The notes beneath the pieces are model-generated. The model worked only from the letters and a program-made list of their open reading frames with translations. It searched no databases and was not told the DNA's origin. This document shows positions 1-4,992 of a stretch of 5,019 nucleotides of DNA, in pieces; the stretch's first letter is position 1; each line of letters starts with the position of its first letter. Source of the DNA: a virus; the IMG/VR virus record IMGVR_UViG_3300029815_000161, positions 1-5,019 of that record; one strand, given 5' to 3'. Position numbers and translations under genes: made by a program.

Positions 1-72
1 GCCTGCATTCCTAAAATTGTTGGTCGCGCCATAGATTATCTGGAAAATCTTGACTCTGTGCGTAAAGAGTGA
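1..72 (+). CDS. VP5: 3' end (partial, duplicated copy) of the VP5-like nonstructural protein gene
   Basis: Frame 1 reads ACIPKIVGRAIDYLENLDSVRKE then TGA at 70-72. This is identical to the C-terminus of ORF 4711-4992 and is present only because of the terminal overlap. Confidence 0.85.
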   Translation, partial: ACIPKIVGRAIDYLENLDSVRKE

Positions 73-78
73 TAATCT
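50..78 (+). promoter_or_regulatory. Weak candidate sigma70 promoter inside the 3' end of the VP5-like gene
   Basis: TTGACT (50-55), a 17-nt spacer, then TGa-TAATCT (70-78). The -10 matches TATAAT at 3 of 6 positions, but these are -12T, -11A and -7T, and an extended -10 TG is present. The caveat is that an intrinsic terminator follows about 25 nt downstream. A second copy lies at 4970-4998. Confidence 0.3.
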
Positions 79-101
79 AATAAAGAGCGTATCAAAAAAA
101 A

Positions 102-132
102 GGACGGTCTCGAAAGAGATCGCCCTTTTTTT
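102..132 (+). terminator. Rho-independent terminator after the VP5-like gene
   Basis: The stem is GGACGGTCTC (102-111) paired with GAGATCGCCC (116-125): 10 pairs including one A.C mismatch and one G.U wobble. The loop is the tetraloop GAAA (112-115), followed by T7 (126-132). An A8 run (94-101) precedes it, giving a bidirectional appearance. Confidence 0.8.
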
Positions 133-180
133 GTACGCTACGCCCGCCGCGTCTAGGCGCTTACGAAAGGAGGTGAAACT

Positions 181-663
181 ATGAAGTTTAGATCTGCCTA
201 CGATCCTGTAGAAGACCATGATCACTGTGGCCTTGTGTTTACTATGCCTTCTCTTACTGTGCAGGACGAGAAGGAAGAAACTGATATTAATTATATCGTA
301 AATAAGTATGCAGATGGCCAAAAAGGCATAGCTACTTTAGATCTTGGTGATAGTTCGCAATACGCATTCCTTCAATTTGGAGATGCAACGCTCCCCGGTG
401 ACTACGGCACAGCTCTCGAACTTGTGTCTGGAGTTCGTGAAGAGTTTTACAGTTTACCGGCAAAAGTTCGAGCAAAATTTGGTCATGATCCTATGAATTT
501 TATTAACCATTTAAACGATCCCGAAATGATCGAATATCTCCGACAAGAAGGTTTGTATGATAGTAAATTATCCTTTGACGAACCACAACAGTCTACAAAT
601 AGTGAACAAATATCAAAAGAAAGTAACACTTTAAAACAAAATGATGAAGAAATACAAAAATAG
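181..663 (+). CDS. VP3: Internal scaffolding protein VP3 (gokushovirus type)
   Basis: 160-aa ORF with an ATG start. A full anti-SD complement AAGGAGGTGA (167-176) ends 4 nt upstream. The motifs PSLTVQDEKEETDINYIVNKY and LPAKVRAKFGHDPMNFINHL match what I recognise as conserved VP3 blocks. It lies just upstream of VP1, as in gokushoviruses. Confidence 0.88.
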   Translation: MKFRSAYDPVEDHDHCGLVFTMPSLTVQDEKEETDINYIVNKYADGQKGIATLDLGDSSQYAFLQFGDATLPGDYGTALELVSGVREEFYSLPAKVRAKFGHDPMNFINHLNDPEMIEYLRQEGLYDSKLSFDEPQQSTNSEQISKESNTLKQNDEEIQK

Positions 664-712
664 GCGTCACCGAAGCCAGTTACTTACTTGATGTAACTGG
701 CGTAGGTGACGC
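664..712 (+). other. Intergenic near-perfect inverted repeat (stem-loop), candidate replication origin or priming hairpin
   Basis: The left arm GCGTCACCGAAGCCAGTTAC (664-683) pairs with the right arm GTAACTGGCGTAGGTGACGC (693-712) at 18 of 20 positions. The 9-nt loop is TTACTTGAT (684-692). The element starts immediately after the VP3 stop (TAG 661-663). No T-tract follows, so it is not a standard terminator. Confidence 0.7.
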
Positions 713-786
713 AAAAATAAACTAAAACCTAAGAATGATTTGCTTTAGGATAATTCTTGGGTTTACACTTCGAAGAAGGTGAAAAA

Positions 787-2436
787 TTGGCTCGTAAAAT
801 CAGAGTTCGAGGACATCGCTTCAGCGATGCTCCTGCAATGTACATGAAAAGGACTAAGTTTGACCGTTCTCATGTTTATAAAACAACTTTTGATGCTGGT
901 AAGCTTATTCCTGTATTTGTTGACGAGGTTTTGCCTGGCGATACTGCTCGTATGTCTGTTAATTATTTCGCTCGCTTGGCTACTCCTGTTAAGCCTATCA
1001 TGGATAATATTTATCTGGACTGGTTTTTCTTTTTTGTACCAAACCGCCTCGTTTGGGAACACTGGCAGAATTTCTGTTTCGAGCAGGAAGACCCTGATGA
1101 TTCTACGGATTATGTTATTCCTACTGCTCAGTTGCCAGGTGGTACTGTTGGCCAAAATGGTATAGGTACCGTTTGGGATTATTTTGGTCTTCCTACAGGT
1201 CTTACTAATGCTTTGAACGTTAATGCCCTTCCGTTCCGTATGTATTATTTGATTTGGAATGAATGGTTTAGAGATGAGAATTTGCAGAAGTCTGTTAAGA
1301 TTTGCAAAGATGATCGGAATCTTGTATTTAATTCTGAACGGGTATCCGATCAGCCTAGTTGGATTTTCGATAGTGGAACGCATTATATGAATGGCTTTGC
1401 CCTTGCTCCTCGTGGTAAACGTCATGATTACTTTACTTCTGCTCTTCCGTGGACACAGAAAGGTCCTGGCGTTTCTGTAGGTTTGGCTGGTACCGCTCCT
1501 GTTTTGCCCACTAAAAGTGTTTCCACTAATTATCTTACCCCAAATTCTGGCTATAGAGGTTCTGTTATCGTTCAGTCTGGACATATGAATATTAATAATC
1601 CTACTGGTGGTGGAGCTAATATTGATATTGGTATGAAGCTTGATGACTTTGGTTTATATGCGGATCTTGATAAATCCGACATATTTACTATTAATAGCTT
1701 GCGCACTGCTTTCCAGATGCAGAAGTTCTATGAACGCCTTGCTCGTGGTGGTAGTCGGTATACAGAAGTGCTCCGCTCTTTCTTTGGCGTAGTTTCTCCC
1801 GATGCTCGTCTTCAGCGCCCCGAATTTCTCGGCTCCTTTACTAAAATGGTAAATGTCAATCCAATAGCGCAGACTTCTGCAACCGACGACACCTCTCCTC
1901 AAGGCAATCTCTCTGCTTATGGTGTTACTGCCGCTAAGTTTCATGGTTTTACTAAATCTTTCGTTGAGCATGGCTATATTTTTGGTCTTGTATGTGCTCG
2001 TGCTGATCTTACTTACCAGCAGGGCATTAACAAGATGTGGCTTCGCTCTACTGTTTATGATTTTTATTGGCCTACATTCGCTCACCTCGGTGAACAGGCT
2101 ATTGAACTTCGTGAGATTTATGCTCAAGGTTCTAAAGATGATACTACTGTTTTCGGCTATCAGGAGCGTTACGCCGAGTATCGTTACAAGCCTTCGCAGA
2201 TTACGGGTAAGTTCCGTAGCTCTATAGTTAATGGCACTTTAGATAAGTGGCATTTGTCCCAGTTTTTTAAAACTGCTCCCACTCTAAACGAGGAATTTAT
2301 TGTGGAAAATCCACCTATTGAGCGCATTATCGCTGTTCCCAGCGAGCCTGAGTTTTTACTTGATATAGGCTTCCGTTACACTACTGTGCGTCCTATGCCT
2401 ATGTTTGGTACGCCCGGCCTTGTTGATCACTTCTAA
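787..2436 (+). CDS. VP1: Major capsid protein VP1 (F-like jelly-roll capsid protein of Gokushovirinae)
   Basis: The frame is open from 754 to TAA at 2434-2436. Hallmark blocks are KFDRSHVYKTTFDAGKLIPVFVDEVLPGDT and GGSRYTEVLRSFFGVVSPDARLQRPEFLG. The first in-frame ATG (838) would cut off the conserved HRFSDAP segment. TTG 787 lies 4 nt after AAGGTGA (776-782), the same SD geometry seen at VP3 and VP4. TTG 757 (AGGA at 747-750, 6-nt spacer) is the alternative start. Confidence 0.95.
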   Translation: MARKIRVRGHRFSDAPAMYMKRTKFDRSHVYKTTFDAGKLIPVFVDEVLPGDTARMSVNYFARLATPVKPIMDNIYLDWFFFFVPNRLVWEHWQNFCFEQEDPDDSTDYVIPTAQLPGGTVGQNGIGTVWDYFGLPTGLTNALNVNALPFRMYYLIWNEWFRDENLQKSVKICKDDRNLVFNSERVSDQPSWIFDSGTHYMNGFALAPRGKRHDYFTSALPWTQKGPGVSVGLAGTAPVLPTKSVSTNYLTPNSGYRGSVIVQSGHMNINNPTGGGANIDIGMKLDDFGLYADLDKSDIFTINSLRTAFQMQKFYERLARGGSRYTEVLRSFFGVVSPDARLQRPEFLGSFTKMVNVNPIAQTSATDDTSPQGNLSAYGVTAAKFHGFTKSFVEHGYIFGLVCARADLTYQQGINKMWLRSTVYDFYWPTFAHLGEQAIELREIYAQGSKDDTTVFGYQERYAEYRYKPSQITGKFRSSIVNGTLDKWHLSQFFKTAPTLNEEFIVENPPIERIIAVPSEPEFLLDIGFRYTTVRPMPMFGTPGLVDHF

Positions 2437-2450
2437 AAGGAGTTGGTTTT

Positions 2451-3137
2451 ATGTCATGGCTTTCTAATACTTTAGGCAGTGTTGCTGGTTCTGTTTTAGG
2501 ATCTGCAGTTCAGGATCATTACAATTCTGCTAATGCCGCACAGGCTAACGCGTGGAACGTTGAAAACTATAAACATCGTTATCAATGGGCTGTAGAAGAT
2601 ATGCGCAAGGCTGGCCTTAATCCTATTCTTGCCGCAACTAATGGTATAGGCGGTTCTATAGCTGGAGCTTCGGCTGCTTCTGTAGGTATGAGTGATATAG
2701 GTTCTACCATGAACTCTGCCAAAGCCGCTAGTGCCGCTGAAAGGCAGGCCAAGAACGCCGAACATCTTGCAATATCTCAAATTGATAAAAACGTCGCAGA
2801 AGCCGATTCTGTGCGTCAGAGTACCCATGGTACAGTTCTTCAGAACGGTATTCTTGCAAACGATCTGAATCTTCGTGAGCAGACTTATGAGAAACGTCTT
2901 GGTTACGAGCTTGAGAAGATGAATTTGGAACTTGAAAACCTTCGTCTTCAGGGTTCTTACCTTAGCTCTGGTGTATTGAATAATATTGCTTCAGCTAATC
3001 AGTCAAATTCTGCCGCGAGCTTCGCTATCCAAAATGCTCGTCTCTCGAAGCAGGAAGCTGATTTCTATGATTCATTAGGCGTTGGCAATTCAGCCCTTGG
3101 TCATATTCTTCGCGGTATTGGCTACTTGTTCAAATAA
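2451..3137 (+). CDS. VP2: Minor capsid / DNA pilot protein VP2
   Basis: 228-aa ORF with ATG 8 nt after AAGGAG (2437-2442). It has a Gly/Ser/Ala-rich hydrophobic N-terminus, the conserved block HRYQWAVEDMRKAGLNPILAA, then Ala-rich and heptad-like segments (LNLREQTYEKRLGYELEKMNLELENLRLQ). It sits directly after VP1. Confidence 0.88.
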   Translation: MSWLSNTLGSVAGSVLGSAVQDHYNSANAAQANAWNVENYKHRYQWAVEDMRKAGLNPILAATNGIGGSIAGASAASVGMSDIGSTMNSAKAASAAERQAKNAEHLAISQIDKNVAEADSVRQSTHGTVLQNGILANDLNLREQTYEKRLGYELEKMNLELENLRLQGSYLSSGVLNNIASANQSNSAASFAIQNARLSKQEADFYDSLGVGNSALGHILRGIGYLFK

Positions 3138-3149
3138 GGAGTGTTATAT

Positions 3150-3389
3150 ATGTCTAATAAAACTACTATGATTCTTACATTTATTGTTTCTGTTGTCGTT
3201 CCTTTTATTCAAGAGGTTGTTGACCTTATCGAAGCTTTAAAAGGTCGTTCTACTGCATCTACTCAGCTTGTCAGTAAAGTTGCATCCGACTTTTCGCACG
3301 ATGTTGACAAACTTGTTGAGCCAGTTGCTAATAAGAATGATTCTAAAAAAACTAGCCGTTTTTTCGGTTCTTGGAGGGATGCTAAATGA
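3150..3389 (+). CDS. Small hypothetical protein (79 aa) with one N-terminal hydrophobic, transmembrane-like segment
   Basis: ATG 3150 lies 8 nt after AAGGAG (3136-3141), which overlaps the VP2 stop. The GTG at 3141 used by the ORF track lies inside the SD and is unlikely to be the start. The product is MSNKTTMILTFIVSVVVPFIQEVV... followed by a polar, charged tail. Third codon positions are T-rich, like the other genes. Its stop overlaps the next start as ATGA. Confidence 0.65.
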   Translation: MSNKTTMILTFIVSVVVPFIQEVVDLIEALKGRSTASTQLVSKVASDFSHDVDKLVEPVANKNDSKKTSRFFGSWRDAK

Positions 3390-3496
3390 GAAGGCGTCGC
3401 TTATCTAAACGAGGTTCTCGCCGTCTTTTTCGGCGTACCTCCAGATCTCGTCAGAGAAATTTCAAAAGAGTAGGACGAGGTGGATTTAGGATTTGA
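3386..3496 (+). CDS. Arginine-rich small DNA-binding/packaging protein (phiX174 J-like, chlamydiaphage ORF8-like), 36 aa
   Basis: This ORF is not in the supplied track because it is too short. ATG 3386-3388 overlaps the upstream TGA (ATGA), and GGAGG (3373-3377) lies 8 nt upstream. Hand translation gives MRRRRLSKRGSRRLFRRTSRSRQRNFKRVGRGGFRI then TGA at 3494-3496. It has 15 Arg and 2 Lys in 36 residues and no acidic residues. Confidence 0.8.
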   Translation: MRRRRLSKRGSRRLFRRTSRSRQRNFKRVGRGGFRI

Positions 3497-3521
3497 CATT
3501 CTGACTTAATCCTGATACAAT
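3493..3521 (+). promoter_or_regulatory. Near-consensus sigma70 promoter driving VP4
   Basis: TTGACA (3493-3498), an exact 17-nt spacer, then TACAAT (3516-3521) preceded by TGa (3513-3515, extended -10). The predicted transcription start near 3528 sits just before the VP4 SD. The -35 box overlaps the stop codon of the J-like ORF. Confidence 0.7.
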
Positions 3522-3538
3522 CGGTACAGGTGATTAAT

Positions 3539-4450
3539 ATGGTTTGTTACAATCCTATTCTTATGTATCCAGTTGAGGGAGCGTTTACTAAAAATGGAAA
3601 ACAACATTATAGTTTTTACGGTAGCCTTGCCTCTCACCCCGAGCTTGCTGGCGATAGCCGTTTCATTCGTTGTTCTTGTAAACAATGCATCGGTTGTCGT
3701 CTCGAAAATAGTAGACAGTGGGCTGTCCGTGCTGTTCACGAAGCCCGCTCTTCGTCTTCTGCTTATTTCGTTACTTGCACTTTCGACGATTATCATTTGC
3801 CACGTGATAAAAGCTTAAGCAAGAAATTTCATCAGACTTTCATGAAAAATCTTCGTCGTGAGTATGGCAATGGCATTCGCTTTCTTGGCTGTGGTGAATA
3901 TGGTGAACTTCATGGTCGTCCCCATTATCATTATATTTTGTTTAATATTGATTTTGATGACAAAATTTTTCGGTTCCGTACAGACGGTTATAATACTTAC
4001 ACTTCTTCTCGTTTTGCCAAAGTATGGAAATACGGTATGCATCTTATTGGTGAGTTTAGCTTTGATTCTGCTGCCTATGTCGCTCGCTATATAGTTAAAA
4101 AACAGACAGGCAAAGACGCTCCTTCTCACTATAAAGGTCGCATTCCTGAATTCATGGTCGCATCTAATCGCCCTGGTGTTGGCGGAAAATGGCTTGCAGA
4201 ACATGGTGAAGAATGTTATTCTAACGATTATGTTGTCATCAATGGCAAAAAGATGCGTCCTCCTCGTTATTATGATAAAAAATTTGACGAAACACATCCT
4301 CATTGGATGGAATATGTACGTAATAACCGTATTGAAAAAATGATGCACAACCTCGAGAATAACACTTTTGAGCGTCTTGTTGATCGTTGCCGAGTTCAAG
4401 AAGGAAAATATAAACATTTTCTTGGCAGAAAACTTGACAAGGTATTGTGA
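3539..4450 (+). CDS. VP4: Replication initiation protein VP4 (HUH rolling-circle endonuclease, phiX174 gene A analogue)
   Basis: ATG 3539 lies 5 nt after AGGTGA (3528-3533) and gives the N-terminus MVCYNP. The block CKQCIGCRLENSRQWAVR is typical of gokushovirus Reps. RCR motif 1 is YFVTCTF. The HUH motif is RPHYHYILF (H-Y-H at 3923-3931). Motif 3 is AAYVARYIVKK, with two Tyr spaced Y-x3-Y (codons at 4076 and 4088), as in phiX174 protein A. The GTG at 3530 in the track lies inside the SD. Confidence 0.95.
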   Translation: MVCYNPILMYPVEGAFTKNGKQHYSFYGSLASHPELAGDSRFIRCSCKQCIGCRLENSRQWAVRAVHEARSSSSAYFVTCTFDDYHLPRDKSLSKKFHQTFMKNLRREYGNGIRFLGCGEYGELHGRPHYHYILFNIDFDDKIFRFRTDGYNTYTSSRFAKVWKYGMHLIGEFSFDSAAYVARYIVKKQTGKDAPSHYKGRIPEFMVASNRPGVGGKWLAEHGEECYSNDYVVINGKKMRPPRYYDKKFDETHPHWMEYVRNNRIEKMMHNLENNTFERLVDRCRVQEGKYKHFLGRKLDKVL

Positions 4451-4462
4451 CTGTGTTATTAT
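4434..4462 (+). promoter_or_regulatory. Near-consensus sigma70 promoter at the 3' end of VP4
   Basis: TTGACA (4434-4439), an exact 17-nt spacer, then TATTAT (4457-4462) preceded by TGt (4454-4456, extended -10). The predicted transcription start near 4469 is immediately upstream of AAAGGAG (4471-4477). Confidence 0.65.
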
Positions 4463-4487
4463 TAGGTCAGAAAGGAGATGTTTTTTT

Positions 4488-4733
4488 ATAGAAAAATTTC
4501 AATCTGAGCTTGATGCTATTAGATCCTACTGTAAGCATAAAGGTATATCTTTTGACTTTATATTTAGAGGTTCTAAATATGCCGCTTACAAGATTAAACC
4601 TGATAACTGTAATGTTATTCGTATTGATAATGATTACTTTGTTTTGCCTAATACTACGCATCTTATGATCCGTAGATTTTTAATTGCCTTAAGGAAAGGA
4701 GATTTAGATATTGAGACTTTATTCTGTTTATGA
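4488..4733 (+). CDS. Orphan hypothetical protein (about 81 aa) between VP4 and the VP5-like gene; start codon unresolved
   Basis: The frame is open from 4368 to TGA at 4731-4733. By hand count about 44 of 81 third codon positions are T, matching the bias of the confirmed genes. There is no in-frame ATG or GTG near the SD AAAGGAG (4471-4477). The in-frame codon at a workable spacing is ATA 4488. I recognise no motifs. It uses AGA and ATA codons more than neighbouring genes do. Confidence 0.5.
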   Translation: MEKFQSELDAIRSYCKHKGISFDFIFRGSKYAAYKIKPDNCNVIRIDNDYFVLPNTTHLMIRRFLIALRKGDLDIETLFCL

Positions 4734-4992
4734 TGATAAGGCGGAGCAATTTAGTCCTCCGCAGGTTTACCACAATGATATGCTTGCTCTTCGTGCTTTT
4801 CAAGGTATAGTGAACGATGATAAAATGCTTATTAAAAAATATCCTGAAGACTTTAGTCTTTATTATGTCGGTAACATTGGCGATTCTGATGGCCGTTATT
4901 ATGTTGAATATTGCGACGAAGCCTGCATTCCTAAAATTGTTGGTCGCGCCATAGATTATCTGGAAAATCTTGACTCTGTGCGTAAAGAGTGA
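4711..4992 (+). CDS. VP5: VP5-like nonstructural protein (gokushovirus ORF5, proposed phiX174 protein C analogue)
   Basis: TTG 4711 lies 9 nt after AAGGAAAGGAG (4691-4701). The N-terminus (M)RLYSVYDDKAEQFSPPQVYHNDMLALRAFQGIV and the later YPEDFSLYYVGNIGDSDG fit the pattern I recall for VP5/ORF5 proteins (MKxFxVxDxKxExFxxPF...AxRxF...HPEDYxLYxIG). The first in-frame ATG would remove that conserved N-terminus. Confidence 0.78.
   Translation: MRLYSVYDDKAEQFSPPQVYHNDMLALRAFQGIVNDDKMLIKKYPEDFSLYYVGNIGDSDGRYYVEYCDEACIPKIVGRAIDYLENLDSVRKE

Larger units (their letters stand above)
1..99. repeat. Terminal redundancy, copy 1 of 2: an assembly or circular-permutation overlap of a circular genome
   Basis: Read directly: nt 1-99 (gcctgcattcctaaaattgt...gagcgtatcaaaaaa) match nt 4921-5019 base for base. 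The offset is 4920 nt, which is the genome unit length. Confidence 0.95.

Noticed and set aside
860-1165. A 101-aa very hydrophobic + strand ORF overprinted in the +1 frame of VP1. It has an AAGGA 6 nt before its TTG and recalls phiX174 lysis gene E embedded in gene D.
   Set aside because: All four same-strand overlapping ORFs (860-1165, 1919-2227, 3573-3818, 3858-4094) are in the +1 frame of a gene with strong T bias at codon position 3. That bias puts T at position 2 of the shifted codons. This excludes stop codons and forces Leu/Phe/Ile/Val-rich products, so both the length and the hydrophobicity are expected artefacts. It could still be tested by expression.
1919-2227. A 102-aa hydrophobic + strand ORF in the +1 frame of VP1.
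   Set aside because: The same T3-bias artefact applies. It has no SD-like sequence and no ATG in a good context.
3304-3332. TTGACA followed 17 nt later by GCTAAT inside the small membrane ORF, a possible promoter for the J-like gene.
   Set aside because: The -10 is only 4 of 6 and lacks the -12T/-11A pair and an extended TG. The J-like gene is already translationally coupled to the upstream ORF.
3530-3538. The longer starts used by the ORF track: GTG 3530 for VP4, GTG 3141 for the small ORF, and TTG 757 for VP1.
   Set aside because: GTG 3530 and GTG 3141 lie inside the SD sequences that serve the downstream ATGs (3539 and 3150). TTG 757 remains possible for VP1, but its SD (AGGA) is weaker than the one serving TTG 787.
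3573-4094. Two hydrophobic + strand ORFs (3573-3818 and 3858-4094) in the +1 frame of VP4.
   Set aside because: The same T3-bias artefact applies. I saw no ribosome-binding sites.
4478-4507. The 9-codon ORF MFFYRKISI as a genuine leader peptide.
   Set aside because: The SD abuts its ATG with no spacer, and there is no evidence that it is translated. It is treated as part of the start-codon puzzle of the orphan ORF.
763-4661. Minus-strand ORFs (763-1584, 1654-2127, 2496-2828, 3506-3796, 3815-4417, 4467-4661).
   Set aside because: Each lies entirely antisense to a confidently identified + strand gene. Their products are low-complexity and Arg/Ser/Ile/Asn-rich, and none has an SD. Microviridae are known to express one strand only.
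4882-4909. TTATGTTGAAT (4899-4909) matches the XerD arm of E. coli dif (TTATGTTAAAT) at 10 of 11 positions. This is relevant because some gokushoviruses lysogenise via XerCD at dif.
   Set aside because: The corresponding XerC arm (GATTCTGATGG against GGTGCGCATAA) matches at only 5 of 11 positions. The site is inside the VP5-like coding sequence, the sequence is AT-rich so chance similarity is plausible, and the host is unknown. It is worth a search for prophage junctions but is not supportable as an attachment site.
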